Below, piece by piece: positions 10,668 to 19,508 of a DNA stretch of 64,000 bases. The stretch is from Patescibacteria group bacterium. Lineage in GTDB: Bacteria; Patescibacteriota; Microgenomatia; 0-14-0-10-38-17. The translations under genes were made by a program, and so were the position numbers. Positions within the stretch are counted from its first letter, which is position 1, and each line of letters opens with the position of its first letter. A model generated the notes under the pieces. It made no database searches. It had not been told where the DNA came from and was given only the letters and a program-made list of their open reading frames with translations. The stretch spans positions 48,967 to 112,966 of the forward strand of contig JBMNVW010000001.1 in NCBI GenBank assembly GCA_050947035.1, in the 5' to 3' direction.

Positions 10668-10704
10668 ATCCGACCCTTAGGGTTAAACAGCTTCGGACCT
10701 TTAG
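10668..10704. repeat. REP-like element, copy B (right half only)
   Basis: ATCCGACCCTTAGGGTTAAACAGCTTCGGACCTTTAG; lacks the left arm. Confidence 0.7.
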
Positions 10705-10785
10705 AATTAAGTAAAAAAAGGGCAAAAAAACAACCAACGGGGTTGCCAAGAAGCCCTCTTCTTGATAATAATATTCTATAAATAA

Positions 10786-11379
10786 ATGGCCAATCCAGAA
10801 AGAAGTAATCTCGATCGCTTAAAAACAATTTATGGTTCCCAAACTGGTGACCTTTGGGCTGAACCCACTACCCCCTTAGAAATTCAAAGAAGAGTTTTGG
10901 CCAGCCAAGACCGGCTCGAGGAACTGCCTTTTTCCTATTTGGTTGATCAATACCCTCCCTTCCAGGAAGATGTTCTGGCCAAGGGAGATGGACCAGAAAA
11001 CAAGGAAAATCTTAACCAAGAAAAAGAAAAAAGTTTTCTTCTTGGGATTAAGACAATTTTTGAAGAAATAAGCTCTTGGCCTGATTTTCCTTACCAACAA
11101 TGCGATCGAGCCTCGCGTTTCTTAGCCAAAAAAATGAAAAATATAAGCGTGGTCATGGGTTGGTTTCATCTTGATCGACCCATTGGCCTTTACTTGCCCT
11201 CTTGGGACAAGCCAATTGAACCTCATACTTGGAATGTCGACCAGAGAGGACGCATTATTGATCTAACTGTTTTTCAATTTAATCAGGGCCTTGATGATCC
11301 TTTTCCCAAACAACCCCTAATCATTGAAAAAGACATCTTTGTTGCTAATCGCTACCAAAAATCAGGCGGCCAAATTTAA
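10786..11379 (+). CDS. Hypothetical protein (197 aa)
   Basis: ORF only; no recognisable motifs. Confidence 0.3.
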   Translation: MANPERSNLDRLKTIYGSQTGDLWAEPTTPLEIQRRVLASQDRLEELPFSYLVDQYPPFQEDVLAKGDGPENKENLNQEKEKSFLLGIKTIFEEISSWPDFPYQQCDRASRFLAKKMKNISVVMGWFHLDRPIGLYLPSWDKPIEPHTWNVDQRGRIIDLTVFQFNQGLDDPFPKQPLIIEKDIFVANRYQKSGGQI

Positions 11380-11435
11380 AAAACTTCTTTTTTCCTCTTT
11401 TCAAAACACCTTCCTCTGTTATACTAAAAACCAGA

Positions 11436-13067
11436 ATGATCAATAGGGCTTTTAAAAACGGTAAAAAGTTTTTTTCTCAACAACAAACCAGCATTTTTTC
11501 CGCTGCTTTTACCATCGGCTTGGCTATGTTGGGGTCAGCAATTTTAGGAATTTTGCGCGACCGGCTTCTTTACGCTAAATTCTTTGCTACCAACCCGGCC
11601 CAATTAGACGTCTATAACGCCGCCTTTAAAATTCCTGACATTCTCTTCCAAATTTTAATCACCGGCGCTCTTTCGGCTGCTTTCATCCCTATCTTTTCCG
11701 AATGGATTAACAAAGATAAAAAAACCGCCAATCGCATTGCCTCCATTATGCTCAATTGGCTGTTGTTGGCTTTTATGGGTTTGGGAGTGCTCATTTTTAT
11801 TTTTGCCCGGCCATTGTCTGGCTTAATTACTTTTGGATTTTCGGCTGATCAGCTAGGCCTAATGGCCCTGTTGACCCAAATTTTAATTTTGGCCCAACTC
11901 TTTCTTTTGACTTCTAATTTCTTAACCGGCATTATTCACTCTCATCAACGCTTTGTTATGCCCGCCCTATCGCCGATTGTTTACAATCTCGGCATTATCG
12001 GCGGGATTATCTTTTTTTCTGATCAGGTCGGCATTCTTGGTCCTACCATTGGCGTAGTTATTGGTGCTTTTTTCCATCTCTTAATCCAGGTACCACTGGC
12101 GCTATCTTTAGGCTTTTCTTTCAAGCCATTTCTTTTTGATTTTTCTGATCCGGTTATCAAAAAAATTGTCAATCTTATGGCCCCAAGAAGTATCAGCCTA
12201 ATTATTTCTCAAGTTGAAGCGGCTATTATTATCTATTGGGCCACGGCAGTCGGGGAGGGGATGTTGTCTTTATTTTATCTAGCCCAGCACTTATCACAAT
12301 TACCGGTTCGGTTAATTGGCGCCACTATTGGCCAGGCCACCCTGCCCGCCTTGTCTCATCAAAAAGTCAAAAACGGCCTAAATTCTTTTGGTAAATTACT
12401 TCGACAAACTTTTTCTCAAACCGCCTACCTGGCTCTGCCGGTAACCGCTCTTTTATTAACCCTAAGGATTCCCTTGGTTCGCTTGGCTTTCGGAGCTCAA
12501 GAATTCCCCTGGGAAGCCACTGTTTTAACTGGGCAAATTTTGGCCATTCTTTCCGTGGCTATTTTTACCCAAACCCTTTGCGAAATTACCCGTCGGGCCT
12601 TTTATGCTTTTACCGATACCAAAACCGTTCTAATCATCGATGGTTTAGCCACCGTTTTTAATCTAATCTTCATTGCCATTGCTGTTAATTTTAGTTGGGG
12701 AATTTTGGGGTTAACCGCCGGCATTTCCTTATCCAACCTCATTCGCCTAATTTTATTCACAGCAAAACTGGAGAAAAAAATTAATCTTATCACCAAACCA
12801 GCAGTCTACTCTTGGTTAAAGATGGGGATTTCGGCCATGGTCAGTATTTTAATTTCCTGGCAGGCAATGCGGCTTTTAGATCGTTTTGTCTTTGATACTA
12901 GCCGGGTTATTCCTTTGGTTTTTTTGACCACTTTTTCTGCCCTTTTGGGAGGAAGCGCTTACTTGGCTTCTTCTTGGATCTTAAAAATTGCTGAATTTAC
13001 TCAATTTGCTAATTTGGCCCAGAAATTAATTAAAAAATCTCTCCTTCTTAAAAGTAAAAAAACCTAA
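11436..13067 (+). CDS. murJ: Lipid II flippase MurJ/MviN
   Basis: 543 aa polytopic membrane protein; the N-terminus SQQQTSIFSAAFTIGLAMLGSAILGILRDRLLYAKFFATNPAQLDVYNAAFKIPD is typical of MurJ. Confidence 0.85.
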   Translation: MINRAFKNGKKFFSQQQTSIFSAAFTIGLAMLGSAILGILRDRLLYAKFFATNPAQLDVYNAAFKIPDILFQILITGALSAAFIPIFSEWINKDKKTANRIASIMLNWLLLAFMGLGVLIFIFARPLSGLITFGFSADQLGLMALLTQILILAQLFLLTSNFLTGIIHSHQRFVMPALSPIVYNLGIIGGIIFFSDQVGILGPTIGVVIGAFFHLLIQVPLALSLGFSFKPFLFDFSDPVIKKIVNLMAPRSISLIISQVEAAIIIYWATAVGEGMLSLFYLAQHLSQLPVRLIGATIGQATLPALSHQKVKNGLNSFGKLLRQTFSQTAYLALPVTALLLTLRIPLVRLAFGAQEFPWEATVLTGQILAILSVAIFTQTLCEITRRAFYAFTDTKTVLIIDGLATVFNLIFIAIAVNFSWGILGLTAGISLSNLIRLILFTAKLEKKINLITKPAVYSWLKMGISAMVSILISWQAMRLLDRFVFDTSRVIPLVFLTTFSALLGGSAYLASSWILKIAEFTQFANLAQKLIKKSLLLKSKKT

Positions 13068-13152
13068 TTTCACTTCTTTTTTTGTGTTAAAATAAACCTT
13101 GCCTCAACAAGCCCTATTTGTTCCTAAACAAACTTTGCTTGTTTTAATAATT

Positions 13153-13225
13153 GGCCTGGTCGCCAAGTAGTAAGGCAAGGGTCTGCAAAACCCTCATTTC
13201 GTGGGTGCAATTCCCACCCAGGCCT
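13153..13225 (+). tRNA. tRNA-Cys (GCA)
   Basis: Cloverleaf with acceptor GGCCTGG/CCAGGCC, anticodon stem AGGGT/ACCCT, loop CTGCAAA (anticodon GCA), T-arm GTGGG-TGCAATT-CCCAC, and discriminator U73 (a Cys identity element). No encoded CCA. Confidence 0.8.
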
Positions 13226-13248
13226 CAAAATTTTAAAATTAGCCAATA

Positions 13249-14103
13249 ATGAAAAAATTTGTTCTGCCCTTATCAGCCCTTTTGACAGCCGCTGCTTTTG
13301 GGCTTTTTTTTCGTCATTCCTTGTTTTCTGCTCAGGGAGTTTTAGAAATAAACTCTAATCCACCGGTATCAGTTTTCATAAATGACCAAAAAATGGGAAC
13401 AACACCATTTAAAAAAGAGTTTAAACCCCAAAAACTAACAATTAAATTGGTCTCAGAAGAAGACCCAGAAAAAGCGCTTTGGCAAGGAAAAGCTCCCATT
13501 ACCTCCTCGGCCATCACTTTAATAAAATATCAGTTTGGCCAAGAAAGACAAGAAGATTATGGCGAAATTTTAACTCTAAGCAAAATTCCCGATAGAAAAA
13601 ACGGCGCCCTTTTGGTTTCCTCCTATCCTGATAAGGCTATCGTTAATCTAGACGGAGAAACTAAGGGTTACACACCACTGCTTTTAGAAGAAATTTCTCC
13701 TGGTCATCATAGCCTAGAAATTAATCTCGATGGTTATAAAAATTCTATTATTGGTCTTAATATCGCCACTGGTTTTCAACTTAACGCCGAAATAAAACTG
13801 GCCGAAATTATGGCTAGCCAAGACCAGGAAACTATCCCAGAAGAACAAGCTTTAACCCAAAAAACCCTCGTCACTATTCTTTCTACTCCTACCGGTTGGC
13901 TCAGGGTTAGAAGTGGGCCGGGAACTGGTTTTGCCGAGATTGCCAAGGTCTCTCCCGGTGAAAAATATCCTCTTTTAGCAGAAGATGAGGGTTGGCTAAA
14001 AATCTCCCTAGAAGACGAAATTGAAGAAGCCGAAGGAAAACAAACCGAGGGCTGGATATCAAGCCAATACGCAGAAACAGATGAACAAGACACCCTCCCC
14101 TAA
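13249..14103 (+). CDS. Secreted PEGA-domain protein with C-terminal SH3b-like domain
   Basis: Signal peptide, two PEGA-like beta domains (VSVFINDQKMGTTP, AIVNLDGETKGYTPLLLEEISPGHHSLEI) and a C-terminal GWLRVRSGPGTGFAEIAKVSPGEKYPLL SH3b-like segment. Confidence 0.55.
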   Translation: MKKFVLPLSALLTAAAFGLFFRHSLFSAQGVLEINSNPPVSVFINDQKMGTTPFKKEFKPQKLTIKLVSEEDPEKALWQGKAPITSSAITLIKYQFGQERQEDYGEILTLSKIPDRKNGALLVSSYPDKAIVNLDGETKGYTPLLLEEISPGHHSLEINLDGYKNSIIGLNIATGFQLNAEIKLAEIMASQDQETIPEEQALTQKTLVTILSTPTGWLRVRSGPGTGFAEIAKVSPGEKYPLLAEDEGWLKISLEDEIEEAEGKQTEGWISSQYAETDEQDTLP

Positions 14104-14117
14104 TCCAACCCCTTCCA

Positions 14118-14152
14118 ACCCGACCCTAAGGGTCGGATAGCTTCGGACCTTT
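14118..14152. repeat. REP-like element, copy C (right half), immediately 3' of the RAYT gene
   Basis: AACCCGACCCTAAGGGTCGGATAGCTTCGGACCTTTGG; inner palindrome CCGACCCTAAGGGTCGG. Confidence 0.75.
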
Positions 14153-14155
14153 GGA

Positions 14156-14818
14156 TTATTCCAAAATTAAATGCTTAATGGCCTCCAACTTCTTGCCATA
14201 ATTAACCTGATCATAAACAAAAGTCTTTAATTCTTTTATAGAAGAAAAATAATCAAGAATAGGCTTTTTGTTACAAATTCCCCTTTTCTTATCTAAATAT
14301 TCAAAAAAAGAAGAATAAGGATAGTGGTCTAACTCGGCTTCTTTTATTACCAGAGAAACTACCGGATTAATTTGAATATATCGCCAAACATGAATAAATT
14401 GGTCATCGTCTTCTACTCTCACCGCTTTAAAAACCCCTTGGAAAAGATGGCCGACTCTTTTGTATTTAATATTAAGGTAACGAGTATAGCTGTTAGAAAA
14501 ATCACTCATAAACTTGGCGATGCCATTGTCAATTAATTGCTTAAGGAGAAAATGAAAATGGTTGGGCATTAAGCAATAACCGAGAATGTCTACCCGTTTT
14601 TTGCCATCTTTTAATAATTGAGAGAAAAAACGGCTTTTTTCTTCTTCTCCCAACTTAGAAAACTGGCTTAATCCAAAAGGAAGATCGTCAAATCGATAAA
14701 AGTTCAAGGCTGACAAGGCCTTGCCATATTCTCGTTTACTGGTAAAAACCGGCCGTTTCTCGACACCAAGATTAAAAACATGGTAAATTTCTCCATTAGC
14801 AAAAATTGTTTTTCTCAT
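14156..14818 (-). CDS. REP-associated tyrosine transposase (RAYT) / IS200-like HuH Y1 transposase
   Basis: 220 aa, MPNHFHFLL (HuH motif) and WRYIQINPV (catalytic Tyr motif, compare YxxxNP of TnpA_REP); flanked on both sides by the REP-like palindromes. Confidence 0.75.
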   Translation of the reverse strand: MRKTIFANGEIYHVFNLGVEKRPVFTSKREYGKALSALNFYRFDDLPFGLSQFSKLGEEEKSRFFSQLLKDGKKRVDILGYCLMPNHFHFLLKQLIDNGIAKFMSDFSNSYTRYLNIKYKRVGHLFQGVFKAVRVEDDDQFIHVWRYIQINPVVSLVIKEAELDHYPYSSFFEYLDKKRGICNKKPILDYFSSIKELKTFVYDQVNYGKKLEAIKHLILE

Positions 14819-14859
14819 TTTAAAATCTCTCTAAAAAAAACATAAAAATTAATATTTTT

Positions 14860-14912
14860 CTAAAGGTCCGAAGCTGTTTAACCCTAAGGGTCGGATAGCT
14901 TCGGACCTTTAG
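14860..14912. repeat. REP-like element, copy D (full), immediately 5' of the RAYT gene
   Basis: CTAAAGGTCCGAAGCTGTTTAACCCTAAGGGTCGGATAGCTTCGGACCTTTAG; 16-bp perfect outer inverted repeat. Confidence 0.85.
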
Positions 14913-14988
14913 ATTAGTGCCTACTTCAATTTTTACTAATACCCCAATACCCTTCTATTGCCTCTTATTCCCTCTCTGTTGTCCTCTC

Positions 14989-16065
14989 TTACTGTTTTCT
15001 TTTGATAAAAAACAACTTAAACCAAACCGAAAAGGCCAATAAAATAACAAAAACCATTACTATGGCATAGGCTTTTTGCTGAGAATTAAGGGATAAAGCA
15101 ATTAGGCCTAAAGCCAGAGAGGAAAGCAAATAAAAAAGGGCAATTGTTCGTTTGCTAAAACCAAGGTCTAAAAATTTATGATGCAAGTGGCCCCGATCGC
15201 CCCAAACCGGAGATTTCCCCTTAGATACTCTTCTTGCGATGGTAATCAACGCATCCATCGTCGGCACTCCCAAAACCAAAATAGCGGTGGCAATTTTTGC
15301 CCCAGAAAGAATCGCCAGCACTCCTAAAAAAAACCCGGCCAAGCTTTTGCCGCTATAACCGGGCATAATTTTTTGAGGATAAAAGTTCCAAGGCAAAAAA
15401 CCAAAATATGCCCCAGAGACAGAGGCTGACAAAACAATGACCGGCCACTGAGTAATATCAGCCCCAAAACGAGCCCCCAAAATCGCCATTACTAGAGCGG
15501 CGATAAAAACAAAAGCCGGTAGCTGACCATCCACCCCCGAAGACCAACCAACAATATTCATATTCCAAACTATCCATAACAAACCAAACAAACAAGACAG
15601 GAGCCAAATGGAGTGTGGTTGACCCCAGAAATTAAAAATAATTTGCGGTTGGTCAAGACGAACCAAACCATTAAAGGGGTTAGTAATAAAAGCAATGCCA
15701 ATTCCGGCCCCAACTACGCAAAGAGCCGCTAGACAATTAAAAAAGAGTCGCAAATAAGGACTAAGATCGTATTTATCATCAAACAAGCCCACTATCAGAG
15801 TTATTAAGGCCCCAGTAAAAATCCCCCACCAGTGTTTGTCCATTGGCAACCAAAAAAAACCGGTTAAAAAAACTGCTAAAAATATAGGCAACCCCCCACC
15901 CCGAGGAACCGGATACTGATGAACCACCTTAGGATGATGGTGCTCTTGGGGATCATCAATACCAATTAAGTTTGTCCGCCAAGCCAAAAATATCGTTGCC
16001 TTGGTAAGAACAAAACTTAACAAGAAAGAGAGTAAAAAGGGGCCAAAAAATAAACCATTCACCAT
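14989..16065 (-). CDS. Polyprenyl-phosphate sugar-1-phosphate transferase (WecA/MraY/TagO family, GT4 of the GPT superfamily)
   Basis: 358 aa, about 10 TM helices, motifs DDKYDLSP and NMNIVGWSSGVDG typical of the MraY/WecA family. Confidence 0.75.
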   Translation of the reverse strand: MVNGLFFGPFLLSFLLSFVLTKATIFLAWRTNLIGIDDPQEHHHPKVVHQYPVPRGGGLPIFLAVFLTGFFWLPMDKHWWGIFTGALITLIVGLFDDKYDLSPYLRLFFNCLAALCVVGAGIGIAFITNPFNGLVRLDQPQIIFNFWGQPHSIWLLSCLFGLLWIVWNMNIVGWSSGVDGQLPAFVFIAALVMAILGARFGADITQWPVIVLSASVSGAYFGFLPWNFYPQKIMPGYSGKSLAGFFLGVLAILSGAKIATAILVLGVPTMDALITIARRVSKGKSPVWGDRGHLHHKFLDLGFSKRTIALFYLLSSLALGLIALSLNSQQKAYAIVMVFVILLAFSVWFKLFFIKRKQ

Positions 16066-16470
16066 CTAGATAATAATAACAATAATCCGAAAGAGAGTAA
16101 AAAAAGATAAAAAAGAAAAAACAACTGAGGCCCACATGAGAACCTGAACCAAAAAGGGTCGATCAAAAAAAAGCCCGCTTAAAATAAAATTCAACAAACT
16201 AATAAAAAAAGACAGGGCCGGTAAAACTAATAATAACCAAGGAGAAGCTAATTGGGCCTCTCCCCAAGGTCGACTATAAAACAGGGGTACCTGAGGGGGC
16301 AATTTATTATAAACAACAAAAAATAATCCCACCATAAGAAAAATCAACCCCAAGCTAATAAATAGGGCCAACTTAACTGTCTTTTGGCCTAAAACAACCC
16401 CCGATAATAAGCGATTTTGAGACGACACTCTAAGTTTAGGCAAAGTCTTTTCTATTAAAATAAAAACCAA
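16066..16470 (-). CDS. Small hydrophobic membrane protein (hypothetical)
   Basis: 134 aa, about 4 TM helices; overlaps the upstream GT-C gene by 16 nt (same operon). Confidence 0.3.
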   Translation of the reverse strand: MVFILIEKTLPKLRVSSQNRLLSGVVLGQKTVKLALFISLGLIFLMVGLFFVVYNKLPPQVPLFYSRPWGEAQLASPWLLLVLPALSFFISLLNFILSGLFFDRPFLVQVLMWASVVFSFLSFFTLFRIIVIII

Positions 16471-17948
16471 ACTTGTAATGAGCCAAATTCTTCAATCGGA
16501 TAATAATTTTTGTTTAAAAAAGTTAATAAATCAGGAAAAGAATATCGATAATCTCGATCATAAACGACAATTTTAGGTAAATTCGTTTTAATGGCCGATA
16601 ACACTTCTTGGTGACGATCAAAATCACGAATATGATAAGCAACCGTATAACGACCAGCCGGCAAATGTCGAGACAGGGCATAAATATGAGGCTGATTTCC
16701 CCAAACAAAAATTTCCTCATTCCAAGGCAAGGCTTGGCTGATAAATTCGACCACTTGATAGTTCTCCAAAACATCTTGACCAAACCAACTAAAATATTCC
16801 TGCCGATTCTTTCTTCCTAAAGCAAACTGAGCGAAGTTTTGATAATAAGAAACAACGGTGTGGGTATAAAAATGATAACTAAAAAAACCGGCTACTAAAA
16901 AAACAACCGGGATTATGCCAACCAAAAGAAGTCGAATTTTCTTCTCAAAAAGAAAAACAAATAAAAACCCAAATAGAATTAACAAGGGGGCAACAACTTG
17001 AAGCAAATAATGGGGATAGGGTCGGGATGATAAAAAAGCCCCAAAAATAGCCAAAAACAGCCACAAAAAAACCAAAAGAAATCGTTTATTTTTTAAGAAA
17101 AATTTTCTTTGCCAAAAAATTCCCAACAAAACGATCATTAAAATTATCCCCCGCCAAAATAGTTGGTTAGATAAAAGAGAAGCTTCTTTTTGTCCTCCCC
17201 AAGAAGACAAATAGGGAAGGTTTTGCAACCAGGCTGATTCCCAATAATAAAAAAGAGCTCCCGGCCTTAGGGCATAAAAAACAAAAGTTAAAAGAGGGGG
17301 AATTAAAAAGCCGATCACCAATGGCGCCTTTGCTTTTACTTTGGCAAAAAAATCTTCTTTATTTTTGGCGAGGGTGAAACTTAATAAAAAAGAGAAAATT
17401 AACAGGGCCGACCAATCAAAAAGAGGCGGACTTTTAAAAAGAAAAGCCGCTCCCATCATCAAACCAGAGTGCCAAAGTTTTTCTTCCAAGAAAAAATAAA
17501 CTCCTAAGATAACTAAACCGATAAAAAAATGTTCGGCGTTGGTAATTGGTCCCTCAAAAATAGGCAAAGAGGTTAAAAAAACAAACAAGGTGGTTAAAAC
17601 CAGAGTCAGATTCTTTGACTTAAAAAACTTCTTGGCCAATTTAAAAAATGCTATTGTGGTTCCCATCATCCAAACCAGCAAAATAAAGCGGAACCAAAAA
17701 ACATTTCCGGCTATAGCGGCTAGCCAATATAAAAGCGGAGGCTTGTTGTCGTGAATATCCCGATAGAGAGTTTGGCCTTGACGAACGGATTGGCCGAGAG
17801 TTAAATAAATTCCCTCATCGCCATACCAAAAGGGCTCAAACAAAGAGGGCAACCTTAAAACCAAAATCAAAAACAACAAAACAAGCAAAAAAGCCGGCCA
17901 GTTTTTGGTTTTTGATTCAATTTTTTCTAAAAAAGATGAAAGTTTCAT
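16455..17948 (-). CDS. GT-C fold membrane glycosyltransferase (GT39/GT83, ArnT/PMT-like)
   Basis: 497 aa polytopic protein with a periplasmic-loop acidic motif (FEPFWYGDEGIY), as in ArnT/PMT-type transferases. Confidence 0.55.
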   Translation of the reverse strand: MKLSSFLEKIESKTKNWPAFLLVLLFLILVLRLPSLFEPFWYGDEGIYLTLGQSVRQGQTLYRDIHDNKPPLLYWLAAIAGNVFWFRFILLVWMMGTTIAFFKLAKKFFKSKNLTLVLTTLFVFLTSLPIFEGPITNAEHFFIGLVILGVYFFLEEKLWHSGLMMGAAFLFKSPPLFDWSALLIFSFLLSFTLAKNKEDFFAKVKAKAPLVIGFLIPPLLTFVFYALRPGALFYYWESAWLQNLPYLSSWGGQKEASLLSNQLFWRGIILMIVLLGIFWQRKFFLKNKRFLLVFLWLFLAIFGAFLSSRPYPHYLLQVVAPLLILFGFLFVFLFEKKIRLLLVGIIPVVFLVAGFFSYHFYTHTVVSYYQNFAQFALGRKNRQEYFSWFGQDVLENYQVVEFISQALPWNEEIFVWGNQPHIYALSRHLPAGRYTVAYHIRDFDRHQEVLSAIKTNLPKIVVYDRDYRYSFPDLLTFLNKNYYPIEEFGSLQVWFLF

Positions 17949-18020
17949 TAGATAATCTTTTTAAACCACAAAAATGATTTATGGTCAAGAAAAAAGCGAA
18001 ATTAATTTGAATTTTTTAAC

Positions 18021-19508
18021 CTATACCTTCTCTGTTACTCGATATTCTAGATACTTACCTAACATTAATCTAGTGTGAGCATCAATGCCGGGAAGAGCAC
18101 CAAAGAAAAAGCCGGAAATAGGCATCAAGAAAAACTCAAAAGGAATTAAAAGAGCCCGAAGTCGAGAAACACTTTTTGGTCTTTGAGGCCGCTGTTTACC
18201 ATTAACCCAAAGGGCCATCGCCAGGGAAAGCAAAGTCAAAGAAAGAATCGCTGAAGAAAAATTGGCCATCATATAACCCATCGATGATTTAGTAAATTGG
18301 GGATTTATAAGGGCGGGAATGTTCACTCCCAAAGTAACAACAAACCAATGAACCGGCCACAAAAAATGATCCCGCAAAACATGCAAAACCCGAACCGTTT
18401 TATTCCAAAAAGAAATTGACCCGGAAGTTAAATAACGATAAATTATATAAGCATCATCAACCACTCCCCACGCCCAACGTTTATATTGTTCATATTGATT
18501 AATTAGGGTTTTCCAAGTTGAGGTCGATTCGGCCGCATCAACCAAAACCGGCAAAGAAATTGGGTCAACTTCTACTTGGCCTTGCTTGTCAAAATAGGCC
18601 TTGAAAAAAATTCGATAATCTTCCGGAATAACATCCGGGTCCCAATAACCAACTTCGTCAACCAATCTTAACGAAGTTGAATAATTAGCACAACTAACAA
18701 CTCGATAAGAATGAACTGATAAAGAAATGTGGCGAATGGAGGAAAAAGTATTGCTAATTCTGGTTAGGGCCGGCAAATTCCAAAAGTTGTTATAAAACAA
18801 AACCACCGGCTGCCAAAACCTTAAGTATCGCTTAGGATTATCTAAAAAGTGATAGGCAAGAGCGGAAAAATACTTGGGATGATAAACGTGATCGGCATCG
18901 CAACTGGAAATAGTTAAATAATTAATGTCATAACCGTTCTCATCAACCAAATATTTTTTTGCCTTTTGAGCGGCCCAACGTTCATTGGAAGATTTACCCG
19001 CTACTTCACCAGACTGAAGCTCGTGAACCGTTACTAAAAAATGACCAAACTTATCACCAAATTCTTTCTTCAAAGCTCCAACCTTCCTTTGCCTTGCCTT
19101 AGCCTCCTCTTTGGCTTCAGTAGCCAAAACAACGGTAATATTTTCTAAAGGAAAATCCTGCTGAGCAATTGCCTTAAGGGTCCTTTTCAAAACATGAAGC
19201 GGTTCTTTATAAGTGACTACCATAACAATATGATGAACCCTCTTCCAATCACCAAAGCCCTTGGCCTCGCCTAACCAATCGGTAATCTTTGAGGCTTCCA
19301 TTTTATAATGGCCCATAACCGCTCCCACCCCAAAAACGGCCGACTGATAAAGCCAATAAATATCATAAAAAAGAATTAAATAAGCTACCGCCAAAGGAAA
19401 GAAAAACGATCCCCAAAACAAAAAAAGGATTAAGTTCCAAGAAGCAAGCCCGGGTAGAATTTCTAAAAACCGAATAACTAAATGACGGTGTTTTTTCAAA
19501 AAACTCAT
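18021..19508 (-). CDS. Processive family-2 glycosyltransferase (cellulose-synthase/NodC-like, QxxRW type)
   Basis: 495 aa, DAD (SSCDADHVY) and QYEQYKRWAWG (QxxRW) motifs, N- and C-terminal TM segments. Its ATG overlaps the metG stop (TAATG). Confidence 0.8.
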   Translation of the reverse strand: MSFLKKHRHLVIRFLEILPGLASWNLILFLFWGSFFFPLAVAYLILFYDIYWLYQSAVFGVGAVMGHYKMEASKITDWLGEAKGFGDWKRVHHIVMVVTYKEPLHVLKRTLKAIAQQDFPLENITVVLATEAKEEAKARQRKVGALKKEFGDKFGHFLVTVHELQSGEVAGKSSNERWAAQKAKKYLVDENGYDINYLTISSCDADHVYHPKYFSALAYHFLDNPKRYLRFWQPVVLFYNNFWNLPALTRISNTFSSIRHISLSVHSYRVVSCANYSTSLRLVDEVGYWDPDVIPEDYRIFFKAYFDKQGQVEVDPISLPVLVDAAESTSTWKTLINQYEQYKRWAWGVVDDAYIIYRYLTSGSISFWNKTVRVLHVLRDHFLWPVHWFVVTLGVNIPALINPQFTKSSMGYMMANFSSAILSLTLLSLAMALWVNGKQRPQRPKSVSRLRALLIPFEFFLMPISGFFFGALPGIDAHTRLMLGKYLEYRVTEKV

